DNA from: an uncultured Candidatus Rokubacteria bacterium
Lineage (GTDB): Bacteria > Methylomirabilota > Methylomirabilia > Rokubacteriales > CSP1-6
Direction: 5' to 3'
Length of the DNA stretch: 64,000 bases
Assembly: GCA_963754315.1 (NCBI GenBank)
Contig: CAVWFS010000007.1
Location: 192,001-256,000, forward strand
Part shown: positions 41,165 to 51,143 of the stretch, one piece after another
Layout: each line of letters begins with the position of its first letter
How positions within the stretch are numbered: the first letter of the stretch is position 1
The notes under the pieces: model-generated
Database searches by the model: none
Told to the model about the DNA's origin: nothing
What the model saw: only the letters and a program-made list of their open reading frames with translations
Position numbers and translations under genes: made by a program

Positions 41165-41629
41165 TTAGGGGCTCGACCGGGAGACGTAGGCTTCCACCGC
41201 GTCGAGAATCTTCGTGTAGCCGGTGCAGCGACAGAGGTTTCCGGCGAGCGCCTCCCGGATCGCCTCCCGGTGGGGCCGGGGGTGGCGTTGGAGAAAGGCA
41301 ATCGTGGTGAGGAGCATGCCCGGCGTGCAGAAGCCGCACTGGACGGCCCCGTGAGCCAGGAAGGCTTGCTGGAGCGGATGGAGCTCGTCCTGCCTCTGCA
41401 CGCCCCGGAGGGTCAGCACGGTGCGCGCGCGGACGGTTGGGGTCAGGACGAGGCAGCTTGACACCGGGCGCTCGTCCAGAAGCACGGTGCAGGCGCCGCA
41501 GACTCCCTCGTCGCAGCCTTCCTTGGCGTCGAAGTTCCCCAACGTGTCGCGCAAGGTCTCGAGCAACGTTTGGTTTGCCGGCGCCTCGACTTGCCGTGGC
41601 CGCCCATTGAGGATGAAGTCCACGATCAT
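41165..41629 (-). CDS. Molybdenum hydroxylase 2Fe-2S subunit
   Basis: GCDEGVCGAC, QCGFCTPG, NLCRCTGY. Confidence 0.95.
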   Translation of the reverse strand: MIVDFILNGRPRQVEAPANQTLLETLRDTLGNFDAKEGCDEGVCGACTVLLDERPVSSCLVLTPTVRARTVLTLRGVQRQDELHPLQQAFLAHGAVQCGFCTPGMLLTTIAFLQRHPRPHREAIREALAGNLCRCTGYTKILDAVEAYVSRSSP

Positions 41630-42489
41630 GGCGCCCCCAGTGCGCGGACGACCGCCCGCCCGAGCGCGCGCCGACTCAGGACCTCGACGAGCAATGATCG
41701 GTAGGCCGATGAGGCGAAGGCATCGGCGTGGGTTGGTACCGTCTCGCGCGCGGCCGAGGCAGCCTGAGCGAATCGTTCCGCGGTTGGCTCCTGACCGACG
41801 AGGATATCCTCCGCGTGATGCGCCCGAAGGGGCTGAGGGCCGATACCCGCATAGGCCAGACGGGCTTCGTCGACGCGGCCTTGCCGGTCGACACCCAGGA
41901 CGACCGCCACCGCGATCAGGGCAAAGTCACCGACGCGGCGTGCCATCTCCTCGATGGCGGTCCCCTTGCCCGCCGTGCGGGGTATCTCGATATCCGTCAA
42001 CAACTCGCTCGGCTCGAGGCTCGTGGTGAGATATCCCGTGAAGAACTGGCGGGCGGCGATCCGCCGCGTGCCGCCCGCGCTACGGGCCGTCAGGTGTGCG
42101 TCCAGCGCCACCATGGCCAACGGAAGCTCGGCGGCCGGGTCGGCGTGAGCGAGGCTCCCGCCCACGGTGCCCAAGGACCGCACGCGCACGTTGCCGATGA
42201 GTCGTGCGGCGGCGACGAGGAGGGGACAGGCGCGCGCGATCTCGGGCGACTCCTCGAGGACGTGGTGACGGACGAGCGCCCCCAGCCTGACCGAATTGTC
42301 GTCGAGCTCGACCCCGTCGAGATCGAGCGCATTGATATCGATGACCAGCCGCGGCTTGGCCAGCCGATAGTTGAGAAGAGGAACGAGGCTTTGACCGCCC
42401 GCCAGCACCTTCGCCTCCGGCCCTTGCTGGGCGAGCAGGGCGAGGGCCTCGTCCATTTGCGCTGGAGCGACATAGTCAAACGGATGCAC
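41626..42489 (-). CDS. Molybdenum hydroxylase FAD subunit
   Basis: LAGGQSL, GTVGGSLAHADPAAE. Confidence 0.95.
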   Translation of the reverse strand: MHPFDYVAPAQMDEALALLAQQGPEAKVLAGGQSLVPLLNYRLAKPRLVIDINALDLDGVELDDNSVRLGALVRHHVLEESPEIARACPLLVAAARLIGNVRVRSLGTVGGSLAHADPAAELPLAMVALDAHLTARSAGGTRRIAARQFFTGYLTTSLEPSELLTDIEIPRTAGKGTAIEEMARRVGDFALIAVAVVLGVDRQGRVDEARLAYAGIGPQPLRAHHAEDILVGQEPTAERFAQAASAARETVPTHADAFASSAYRSLLVEVLSRRALGRAVVRALGAP

Positions 42490-42496
42490 GCGATCC

Positions 42497-43282
42497 TCAG
42501 ACGTCCCAGCCGCCGTCCACGGTCACCGACTGGCCGGTCATGTTCCGCGAATCGTCGGAGGCCAAGAAGCAGACGGCATCGGCGATATCCTGGGCTGTGG
42601 TAACCCGCCCGAGTGCCATCTCGTCGGCGTATTCCTGATAGACCTGCTCTGGAGTCCACCCGCGCTTGCGGGCTTTCTCCCGGCACAGCTTGTCCATGCG
42701 CTCGCCCTGCACGATACCGGGATGAAGCGCGTTGACGTTGATATTGTAGACGCCCACCTCCAGGGCGACTGTCCGGGTGAAGCCGCGTAACGCCCACTTC
42801 GCCGACGAATAGGCGGCGCGGAACTTGTAGCCACGCAGTCCCGACGAGCCGCTGATGTTGATGATCTTGCCGTAGCGCTGGGTGATCATGGTGGGGAGCA
42901 CGTGCTTGGTGGGCAGGAACGTTCCCTTGAGATTCACGGCCAGGACACTGTCCCAGTCCTTCTCGCTGATCTCCCATACAGGCGTCTCGATGGGGCCAGT
43001 CGTGCCCGCCGCGTTGACGAGAATATCAATACGGCCCCCCCAGGCGGCTCGCACACGGTTCACCAGAGCCTCCACGGCCGCCTCGTCCGTCACATCGGTG
43101 GGCTGTACTAGCGCCTGCTTCTTCTGGCCGGCGATCTCGTGGGCGAGCTGCTCGAGCGGCTCCCGCTCGCGGGCAGCCAACGCGACATGAGCGCCAGCCT
43201 GGGCCAAGGTAAGGCAGATCTCGCGACCCATTCCCTTGGCCGCCCCCGTGACGATCGCCACCCGATCCTGGAGATCTCTCAT
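42497..43282 (-). CDS. SDR family oxidoreductase
   Basis: TGAAKGMG, NAAG, YSSAK. Confidence 0.92.
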   Translation of the reverse strand: MRDLQDRVAIVTGAAKGMGREICLTLAQAGAHVALAAREREPLEQLAHEIAGQKKQALVQPTDVTDEAAVEALVNRVRAAWGGRIDILVNAAGTTGPIETPVWEISEKDWDSVLAVNLKGTFLPTKHVLPTMITQRYGKIINISGSSGLRGYKFRAAYSSAKWALRGFTRTVALEVGVYNINVNALHPGIVQGERMDKLCREKARKRGWTPEQVYQEYADEMALGRVTTAQDIADAVCFLASDDSRNMTGQSVTVDGGWDV

Positions 43283-44910
43283 AGGTACCCTTCCTGCTGA
43301 TCGTGTTCGCGCAGCTCACGGCGACGCCCCGTCGGAGGCCCGTAACCGCCCCCTCCACACGTCTCAACCAGGACGAGGTCACCTCGTCGGAGCACCAAGG
43401 TTTCCTTGCCGCCGACGATCCTGGCGCCCGAGCCTGGATTGAGGGTCACCTGGAACGGCAAGCCGTCGTCACCCCCCAGCGCCCCCCATGGCGGGACCAG
43501 ACGGCGTTCGAACATCGTGGTCAAGGTGAGTTCCTCGCCGAGCACGCGATAGGCCCGGCGAAACCCGAGACCGCCTCGATGAGTTCCATCGCCGGCGGAA
43601 CCGGGCCGCAGGGCGTGCTCCTCGATGAGGAGAGGGTATTCCTGCTCGATGACTTCAGTCGGGGTATTCATGACGTTCGACATGTGTACTCGCAGGGCGG
43701 CAGCGCCGTCTCGACCCGGCCCCCCGCCTTCCCCGCCCCCGTGGACTTCATAGAGGATCGCCCAGCGTCCGTCCGGGCGGCGGGTCCCGAATAGCAAGAG
43801 CCCGGAGGTGGTCGGGCCGCCGGCCACGATGCGATGGGGCAGGATCGGCGTCAGGGCCTTGAAGATCGCATCCACGATCCGCTGCGAGGTTTCGTGGTTT
43901 CCGCCGACCACGGGGCGGTCGGGGTCGGGATTGAGCACCGACCGAGGCGGCACCACGACGTGCAAGGGCCGATAGCAGCCGTCGTTGGGTGGGACCTCGG
44001 GCGCCACCAGGGCCTTGATGGCGTAGTACACCGAAGAGCACACGATGAAGGGCGTGGTGTTCACGGGACCGATCGCCTGGGGATCGGTCCCGCCGAAGTC
44101 GAAAACGGCCTGGTCACCCTCGATCCGCACGCGAACCCGGATACGGATAGGCCTGGCCTGCACGCCATCGTCGTCGAGCCAGTCTTCGCCTTCCCATTCG
44201 CCATCGGGCAGAGCCCGGAGGGCCGCCCGCATCTCGGCCTCGGACTCGTCGTGCAGACGGACGAAGCAGGAGTGCACCGTGTCGACGCCGTGGTGCGTGC
44301 ACAGCTCGGCCAGGCGGCGGGCCGCCACATCGCAGGCCGCGAACTGGGCGAAGAGATCACCCTCGCGTTCCTCGCGCCCTCGCACGTTGGCCAGAATGAG
44401 GTCGATCTTCTCGCGTTCGGGTCCCGCCGCGTTGAAGAGCCGCACAGGTGGGATTCGCAGGCCCTCCTGATAGCACTCTCGGGCAAACGGCACGTAGCTG
44501 CCGGGAACGGCGCCACCGATGTCAGCCCAGTGCGCGAGGTTGATAGCGAAGGCGATCAGCCGATTCTGGACGAAGACCGGCCTTAGCGCCTTCACGTCGG
44601 GAAGATGGTTGCCGCCGACCTCAGGAAGGTTCAAGAACCACACATCCCCCTCGGCGAGGCGCGCCGCCGGTACTCGCTTGAGGAACTCCTTGACCGTGAA
44701 GCCCATGACGCCCATGTGCATGGGAATGTCACGGCCCTGGGCGATCAGGCGCCCTTCGGCATCGGTGAGGGCCGACGACAGGTCGCCGGCCTCTTTCAAG
44801 AGCGGAGACCGGGCCGACCGCATGACGATGACGCTCATCTCTTCGGCGATGGCATAGAGCCCGTGGCGGACCACCTCGAGGGTCACTGGACTGACGGCGC
44901 GCCGGGTCAT
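43279..44910 (-). CDS. Hydantoinase B / 5-oxoprolinase family subunit
   Basis: RSARSP, GGNHLPD, HWADIGG, NTPTE..E, GGGGYG. Confidence 0.93.
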   Translation of the reverse strand: MTRRAVSPVTLEVVRHGLYAIAEEMSVIVMRSARSPLLKEAGDLSSALTDAEGRLIAQGRDIPMHMGVMGFTVKEFLKRVPAARLAEGDVWFLNLPEVGGNHLPDVKALRPVFVQNRLIAFAINLAHWADIGGAVPGSYVPFARECYQEGLRIPPVRLFNAAGPEREKIDLILANVRGREEREGDLFAQFAACDVAARRLAELCTHHGVDTVHSCFVRLHDESEAEMRAALRALPDGEWEGEDWLDDDGVQARPIRIRVRVRIEGDQAVFDFGGTDPQAIGPVNTTPFIVCSSVYYAIKALVAPEVPPNDGCYRPLHVVVPPRSVLNPDPDRPVVGGNHETSQRIVDAIFKALTPILPHRIVAGGPTTSGLLLFGTRRPDGRWAILYEVHGGGEGGGPGRDGAAALRVHMSNVMNTPTEVIEQEYPLLIEEHALRPGSAGDGTHRGGLGFRRAYRVLGEELTLTTMFERRLVPPWGALGGDDGLPFQVTLNPGSGARIVGGKETLVLRRGDLVLVETCGGGGYGPPTGRRRELREHDQQEGYL

Positions 44911-46916
44911 CCCTGCTCCTCGACGATGAGGTTCCCTGACCGATCCGCGTGACCGTGCTGGCCAGGCCACAGCACCGTGGTGGAGGACTCGTCTTCGATC
45001 ATAGCGGGGCCGGCGATCATACGGCCGACCGGCAGCCGGGCACGGTCGTAGCGCGGAAGGCTCACCTCGCCGACCGGCGGAAAATATGCACGTTGGCGGC
45101 CCGTGGGTGTCGGCTCGCTTTCCTCCGTGCTTACGGTGGGCAGCTCATCAGACGGATCGGCGACACTCGCGAGGACTCGGAGATTCACGCACTCGATGGT
45201 CTCCCCGGTGGCGTAGCCGTAGAGCCGGCGATGGCGATCCTCGAAGGCAGCGCGCAGGCGTGCTGGGTCGCGCTGGTAGGGGACCTCTAGCTCATAGTTC
45301 TGTCCACCATACCGAAGGTCGACGCTCCGACTCACCGCCACGACCTCAGCCGCGATACCTTCCTCGTGGAGCGGGGCAACCACGCGCGTCTCCAGCGCGC
45401 GTAGCCGGCCTTCGATCGTTTGCGGATCCCAGGCGTCCAGGGACGCGCGGCATGTCTGCACGGCATCGTAACGCAGAGGCGATACAAGGCAACCGAGGGC
45501 CGAGAAGGCGCCGGACAGGGCAGGCACGATGACGGTCCGTATGCCCGCGCTCCGCGCGAGGGCGCCGGCATGGACGGGACCGGCACCGCCGTAGGCGATG
45601 AGCGCGAAGTCCCGGAGATCGTAACCACGCTGAACTGAGACGAGCCGGAGCGCGCGGAACATACTCGCGTTGGCGATCTCGACCACTCCGAGGGCTGCCT
45701 CGACCGCGGACAGGCCCACCGCGCGGCCGAGACGAGCCAGTGCCGCCTCGGCGAGGTCGCGCCGGAGCCGGATCGTTTCTCCATACAGCCGGTCCGGATT
45801 CAGATAGCCCAGCACGAGGTTGGCGTCGGTCACGGTTGGCTCGGTGCCGCCTCGGTCATACGCGGCGGGACCGGGCTGGGCTCCGGCGCTGCGCGGGCCG
45901 ACCTTCAAGGCCCCGGCGGCATCGACCACAGCCACCGATCCGCCCCCCGCGCCGATCGACTCCACGGCGACCATGGGCAGGCGGATCGGCACATCGCCGA
46001 GCCGCCGCTGGGCGCTGGTCTCGGCCGCACCGTCGGTGATGAGACACACATCCGTGGTGGTGCCGCCCATGTCAAAGGCGATCGCTCGGCGGATACCGAC
46101 ACGGCGGGCCACCCAGGCGGCGGCGGCCACGCCGGCGGCCGGTCCGGACATGGCCATGGCGAGCGGACGGGCTCGCGCCGCGTCGATTGACATCATCCCT
46201 CCCGCTGAGTGCAGAAGATGGATTGGCATCTCCCGTGCCGCCAGCGAAGACTGAAGCTCACCGAGGTAACGAGCGGCCATCGGCATGACGCTGGCGTTGA
46301 GCACGGTCGTCGATGTCCGTTCGTATTCGCGGAACTCCGCGTTGATGTCCGTCGAGATACAGACATACGGGAACCGCTCGCTCAGCACGGCCTGCAGCGC
46401 CTGCTCGTGGGCGGGGTTGGCGTAGGCGTGGAGTAGACTCACGGCCACACTTTCGACCCCTTCCCGGGCAAAGGTGTCCACGATAGCGGGAACGTCCCCG
46501 AGGGCGAGGGGGACCATCACGCGGCCGTCGGCGGTGACCCGTTCACTGACCTCGAGGCGCAAACGACGCGGAACAAGCGGTTCAGGCTTAGGGGGAAGGT
46601 GGAGGTGATAGAGGTGTGTGCGGCTCTGGCGGCCGATCTCCAGCACATCGCGAAAGCCACGTGTGGTGACGAGGCCGACCCGTGCACCCCGGCGTTCCAC
46701 GATGGCGTTCGTCACGACGGTAGTCCCGTGGGCCAGCGAGCCTAGTCGCCCGGCGCGGGCGGCCAGGAGGGCTAACGCCTGCCCGACACCGTCCGCCGGG
46801 CGGGCCGGCGTCGTGGGGATCTTGGCGGCGTGCAGGCGCCTCGATGCCCATCCGACCACGTCCGTGAAGGTGCCACCGACGTCGACGCCTGCGCGGACTC
46901 CTTGAGCGTGATTCAG
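44907..46916 (-). CDS. Hydantoinase A / 5-oxoprolinase family subunit; start uncertain
   Basis: GVDVGGTFTD, HGTT, EFREYER, SGPAAG, DMGGTT, PTVTDAN. Confidence 0.92.
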   Translation of the reverse strand: MNHAQGVRAGVDVGGTFTDVVGWASRRLHAAKIPTTPARPADGVGQALALLAARAGRLGSLAHGTTVVTNAIVERRGARVGLVTTRGFRDVLEIGRQSRTHLYHLHLPPKPEPLVPRRLRLEVSERVTADGRVMVPLALGDVPAIVDTFAREGVESVAVSLLHAYANPAHEQALQAVLSERFPYVCISTDINAEFREYERTSTTVLNASVMPMAARYLGELQSSLAAREMPIHLLHSAGGMMSIDAARARPLAMAMSGPAAGVAAAAWVARRVGIRRAIAFDMGGTTTDVCLITDGAAETSAQRRLGDVPIRLPMVAVESIGAGGGSVAVVDAAGALKVGPRSAGAQPGPAAYDRGGTEPTVTDANLVLGYLNPDRLYGETIRLRRDLAEAALARLGRAVGLSAVEAALGVVEIANASMFRALRLVSVQRGYDLRDFALIAYGGAGPVHAGALARSAGIRTVIVPALSGAFSALGCLVSPLRYDAVQTCRASLDAWDPQTIEGRLRALETRVVAPLHEEGIAAEVVAVSRSVDLRYGGQNYELEVPYQRDPARLRAAFEDRHRRLYGYATGETIECVNLRVLASVADPSDELPTVSTEESEPTPTGRQRAYFPPVGEVSLPRYDRARLPVGRMIAGPAMIEDESSTTVLWPGQHGHADRSGNLIVEEQG

Positions 46917-46932
46917 GGGCGAGGCCAGACGC

Positions 46933-47968
46933 TCACTTGGCCACGATGTTGGCGTTGAACCACTCTTTCCACGCGGCGAGGGTCTTGGCACGTGTCTCAT
47001 CGTCCATGATGTACCCACGCTCCTTCCACTCGGCGGCCGTGGAGAAGATGCCCGGCTGCCCCTTGAGCTTGGCGGGCACCATGGCCTTGAGATTGGTGGG
47101 CCCCGCTTTGAGTGTGGCGACCAGCCCCTCCTGGACATCTTTGGAAAGCGCCGTGTTGATGAATTGATAGGCGGCGTCGGCTTTCTTCGTCCCGGCCATG
47201 ATGGCCGGGCAATCGATGCCCACGATGCCGCCCCGATCGGTAGGCTGCACGACCTTGATGGTGAGTCCCTGGTCGATAAGATGGTACGCGTTGCTGGACA
47301 GCATCACCTGGACTGGAGCTTCCCCCGTCTTCATCAAATCCTGGCTGCGCGCGTCCGTCGAGAAGAAGGCGGCTATGTTCGGCTTGAGGCGCTTCAGCCG
47401 TTCCTGTCCCTTCTGCCATTCGATCTCATTGCCCCCCTCCAGCAGCGCGCTGATCACGATGATGTGAGAGGGATCGAAATCGGGCATCCCGATCTTTCCC
47501 TTGAAGCCGGGGATCCCATAGGTCGCCCCACCTGGTGATCTCGGGACCGGGAACCAAATCGGGTCGGTAGGCGATCGTGTAGACGTACGACCATACCCCC
47601 ACGTGGGCATCGCTGCGGATGGCCTCGCGGGCGAGGTCGGCAAGGTTGGGGATCTTGCCCGTGTCGAGCTTCTGGAAGAGACCGTCAGACATGTAGAGGC
47701 GCCCGACATGCGATGTGGTGAAGGTCACATCGACGAGCGGAGAGGCCTTGGAGACACGAGCCTTGGCAAGCCGATCGAGGGTGCCCCCAACCTCGAATTC
47801 GACGGGGATGCCCGTCTTGGCGGTGAACGGCTTCGCGATGACCCGGTCGATCGTGTCCTTCCAGCTGCCCCCCCATGAGCTGACGACCAGTGGTTCGGCC
47901 GCGCGAGTTTTCGATGCGGGCAGCAGGGCTACGGCGCTCAGACTCGAAATGAAGGTACGCCTGCGCAT
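46933..47968 (-). CDS. ABC substrate-binding protein (PotD-like, Tat-like signal), frameshifted at ~47510
   Basis: MRRRTF.., SWGG, WGDLWDP in ORF 47426-48172; continues FKGKIG..W..W in ORF 46933-47709. Confidence 0.85.
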
Positions 47969-47995
47969 TGACGGCTCCTCGTGGCCCTCGCGGCG

Positions 47996-48155
47996 TTGCG
48001 ATGCGGCGGGATGATCGCGGACTCTAACGCAGCTCTTGGCCAGGCGCAACACTCCGACGTTGACGCGAAGCAGCAATTTGAGCTTGCCTCCCATAACGCG
48101 ATGCGTTATCATGGAGTCCAATGGAACGCGAAGCGAAACGGCGCCAACGCGACGC
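47996..48155. promoter_or_regulatory. Array of ACGCGANGC motifs upstream of the phasin (candidate PhaR sites)
   Basis: Copies at 48063, 48096, 48126, 48147 and a variant at 47996; palindrome ATAACGC-GAT-GCGTTAT at 48093-48109. Confidence 0.45.
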
Positions 48156-48195
48156 AAGACAAACACGGTCACGGCAGCCGAAGGAGGAATCGGTG

Positions 48196-48573
48196 ATGCA
48201 GCAGTCCACTCCCAGCGAGATGTACACCCAGTTCACCGGCAAGACGGTCGAGGCGATCACCCTGTGGGCGGAGGCCAATCAGCGCATGCTGAAGGAGCTA
48301 GCTGACTTCACGGCCGGATCGGCCAAGGAGGGCGCACGCCTCTGCGCCGAGATCCAGCAGAACGCGGTGAGGGTTCTTGGCGAGACGCCGTCGTGCCTGC
48401 CCTGGCAACCGGGCGCGTGGCAGGAGGGCTATCAGAGGACCTTCAAGCTCGTCGAAGGCAATGTCCAGGCGGTAAGCCGTTCGGCTGAACGTGTGCAGGC
48501 GTCGGCGGAGCAGGCCGGCAAGGGCATCCACGAGGCGTTCGCCACCATCGGCGAGAAGATGAAGAGTCTGTAG
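48196..48573 (+). CDS. Phasin-like protein
   Basis: 125-aa amphipathic helical protein, AGGAGG RBS, next to phaR. Confidence 0.65.
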   Translation: MQQSTPSEMYTQFTGKTVEAITLWAEANQRMLKELADFTAGSAKEGARLCAEIQQNAVRVLGETPSCLPWQPGAWQEGYQRTFKLVEGNVQAVSRSAERVQASAEQAGKGIHEAFATIGEKMKSL

Positions 48574-48591
48574 GCCCGAGGAGGAACCGAG

Positions 48592-48620
48592 GGGTGCCGC
48601 CGGCCCACCGGCGGCCACCC
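48592..48620. terminator. Hairpin between convergent phasin and phaR genes
   Basis: GGGTGCCGCCGG..CCGGCGGCCACCC; no U tract. Confidence 0.5.
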
Positions 48621-48655
48621 AGACGTAGGGCCCTTGCGGCCGTAAGGGGTGAACC

Positions 48656-49168
48656 CTAAGGTTTCGACTCGCTTTTCCGTTTCTCGAGGCGCTCCTCGAG
48701 GGCACGCAGCCGTTCGCGCAGCACGGCCACCTCTTCGCGGAGCTTCTCCGCGTCCCGCGGTTTCTCCGCCGTGTCCGCTTCGGCCCGCGTGTCCGCCCGC
48801 GGCACCATGGCTGCCCAGCCGGCGCGCGAGGCCCACTCGCGATAGACCCGATCCATCTCGCGCTGGTTCGTGGTGACGTTCTCCAAGCTGGATCGCAGAG
48901 AGCGCTGGATGAAGTCCTGCCACTCTTCGCCGTGCTTGATGAGTTGATGCAGAAAGGCGGTCGGCAGGTTCCCACGGTGGTTTCGCTCGGCCTCGAGAAT
49001 GATCTGGGTGAGCGTGACCGAGGTGAGGTCCTCGCTGGAGACGGCGTCGACGACCGAGATCTCCTTGCCTGACCGGATCATCTCCTCGATTTCATCCAAG
49101 GTGACGTAGCGGCTCTCTTGGGTGTCGTACAGCTTGCGGTTTGAGTAACGCTTGATGACGTACACCAT
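48656..49168 (-). CDS. phaR: PHA synthesis regulator
   Basis: IKRYSNRKLYDTQESRYVTL, EDLT..TLTQII. Confidence 0.9.
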   Translation of the reverse strand: MVYVIKRYSNRKLYDTQESRYVTLDEIEEMIRSGKEISVVDAVSSEDLTSVTLTQIILEAERNHRGNLPTAFLHQLIKHGEEWQDFIQRSLRSSLENVTTNQREMDRVYREWASRAGWAAMVPRADTRAEADTAEKPRDAEKLREEVAVLRERLRALEERLEKRKSESKP

Positions 49169-49289
49169 CAATCTCCTTGGCGAAACGTCCGCCAACGTTG
49201 CGCCGAGTCTAACACCGCGCGTCAAGGTCGACAAGAGCACGCATGCTAGACTGGCGCGTCGTCGCTCCGCTCAGGAGGCGCATCGGGAA

Positions 49290-50033
49290 ATGAAATTGGT
49301 TGGTCGAACGGCTCTGGTCACCGGGGGCTCGCGCGGCATCGGGCGGGCCATCGTGCTCGCCTTGGCCGAAGAAGGGGCTGACGTCGCCATCAACTACGTG
49401 TCCAGTGAGAACGCAGCCCGCGAAGTGGCGGAGGCCGTGCAGAAAATAGGCCGGCGAGCGCTGCTGGCCCAGGCCGACGTCGCCGACTACCCCGACACCT
49501 TTCGGATGGCCCAGCGGGTGTTGCAGGAGTTTGGCCACCTCGACATCCTCGTCAACAATGCCGGGATCAACTCCGACAAGACATTTGTCAAGATGGACCA
49601 CGCGTCGTGGCGCAAGGTGCTCGCCATCAATCTGGACGGGGTCTTCAACTGCACGAAGGTCTTCATCGACCAGATGCTCAAGCAGAATTACGGCCGCGTG
49701 GTGAACGTCACCTCGGTCATTGGCCAGATCGGCAACTTCGGTCAGGCGAACTATGCCGCCTCCAAGGCGGGGGTGGCCGCGTTCACCAAATCTCTTGCCA
49801 AAGAACTGGCGGGCAAGGGCGTGACCGTGAACGCGGTGGCGCCGGGTTTCATCGAGACCGAGATGGTGGAAAGCATTCCCGAGCGGGTCCGCAACCGCCT
49901 CCTCGATCAGATCCCTCTCAAGCGCTTCGGGCGGGCGGACGAGGTAGGACGCTCCGTCATCTTCATCGTGTCCTCGGACGGGGACTACATCACCGGCGCC
50001 GAGCTGTCCATCAATGGTGGCCTGCTCATGTGA
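49290..50033 (+). CDS. phaB: Acetoacetyl-CoA reductase / FabG-like SDR
   Basis: TGGSRGIG, NNAGI.SDKTF.KM, GNFGQANYAASK, ELSINGG; inside the PHA cluster. Confidence 0.8.
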   Translation: MKLVGRTALVTGGSRGIGRAIVLALAEEGADVAINYVSSENAAREVAEAVQKIGRRALLAQADVADYPDTFRMAQRVLQEFGHLDILVNNAGINSDKTFVKMDHASWRKVLAINLDGVFNCTKVFIDQMLKQNYGRVVNVTSVIGQIGNFGQANYAASKAGVAAFTKSLAKELAGKGVTVNAVAPGFIETEMVESIPERVRNRLLDQIPLKRFGRADEVGRSVIFIVSSDGDYITGAELSINGGLLM

Positions 50034-50042
50034 GGGTCGATC

Positions 50043-50594
50043 TTAGGTGCGACCCTCCCGGATCCCGAGCATGGCCAGACCAAGCGTCCCCCAGAAGTCG
50101 ACCACCTGGGCGGCCCACCTCCACGGCTGAACGGCGAGAGCGGTCAGTTGCGCTCCCGCTCGTTCGTACACGATCGCGCTCCGCGACGGCATGACCCAGG
50201 CCTCTCCGGTGAGCACCTCTTCGTCTCGCTGATTCGTACAGATGGTGATCAAGCGCAGCCGGTTGCGCTCCCTCAAGACCTCCGCCACCTCGACCCGGGC
50301 CGTGATGGTGTCTTCGAACAGCACTGGCCTCACGAACGTGAGGCCTTGTGACAAGTAGATTGTCCCCGGTCCTGGCAGCCGGGTCCCGATGACCGCAGAG
50401 ATCAAGCCAGCCGTGAAGATGCCCGGCGCGATCGGCTCCTTGAAGATGGTGGTCGCGGCATAGGTTGGATCACTGTGAACAGGGTTCGCGTCGCCCACGG
50501 CGTGGACGAAGCGGGCGACATCCGCCTCGGCCACCGTCCGCTTGATCCAGGCAACGTCCCCGGGGGCAATCTCGGCGATGGTCTTGCCGATCAC
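50043..50594 (-). CDS. MaoC family (R)-specific enoyl-CoA hydratase (PhaJ-like)
   Basis: GDANPVHSD, LPGPGTIY, FVRPV. Confidence 0.85.
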   Translation of the reverse strand: MIGKTIAEIAPGDVAWIKRTVAEADVARFVHAVGDANPVHSDPTYAATTIFKEPIAPGIFTAGLISAVIGTRLPGPGTIYLSQGLTFVRPVLFEDTITARVEVAEVLRERNRLRLITICTNQRDEEVLTGEAWVMPSRSAIVYERAGAQLTALAVQPWRWAAQVVDFWGTLGLAMLGIREGRT

Positions 50595-51133
50595 CGGGTG
50601 GCTCCGCTGGGCTCGGCCGGCGGTCGGGGAGTCGACTCGAGGCGGCGGGCCAGGGCGGCAATCGAGTCCTCGAGCCGCTCGAGGCGGTCGTCCAGCTCCA
50701 TGATCTGTTTGGCCACACTCGCCACTTGGGTTCGTGAAGGCAGATTGAGCGCCTGCAGGCCGGCCTCCACAGATTGTTCGGCTGCGCGCTTGGCTGGCCC
50801 CTGAGCCACCAACCATTGATCCAAGGTCTTGCCCATCATCTGGGCGAAGGCGTCCGTGTTCATAGCCTGGCCGAGTGCCTTCGACCACGCTTCGATGGAC
50901 TGATCGAGAAACTGCTTCCACTGCGTCATCAGGTCGGGGGTGACCGGCGTCTGGGCGAACAGCCGCGCCCACTGGGCGAGTCCGCCCTCGAACATGGGCT
51001 TCCACCAGAATCCGGCGGGATCCGCGCTGGGGGTGGGCGCCTTGCCCAGAAGCTGGGCCCATGACGTGGCCCCCTCTTCGAGCTGCTTCTTCCACAACTC
51101 GAACAGCTGCTGCGAGGACGGGATCTCGGTCAT
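50591..51133 (-). CDS. PhaE-like subunit of class III PHA synthase
   Basis: LQALNLPSR..LDDRLERLE coiled-coil tail; directly after phaC. Confidence 0.75.
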   Translation of the reverse strand: MTEIPSSQQLFELWKKQLEEGATSWAQLLGKAPTPSADPAGFWWKPMFEGGLAQWARLFAQTPVTPDLMTQWKQFLDQSIEAWSKALGQAMNTDAFAQMMGKTLDQWLVAQGPAKRAAEQSVEAGLQALNLPSRTQVASVAKQIMELDDRLERLEDSIAALARRLESTPRPPAEPSGATR

Positions 51134-51143
51134 AGCGCCTCCC

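Noticed and set aside
38845..42489. Aerobic CO dehydrogenase (coxMSL order)
   Set aside because: Active-site loop is AMRGFG, not AYxCSFR (form I) or AYxGAGR (form II).
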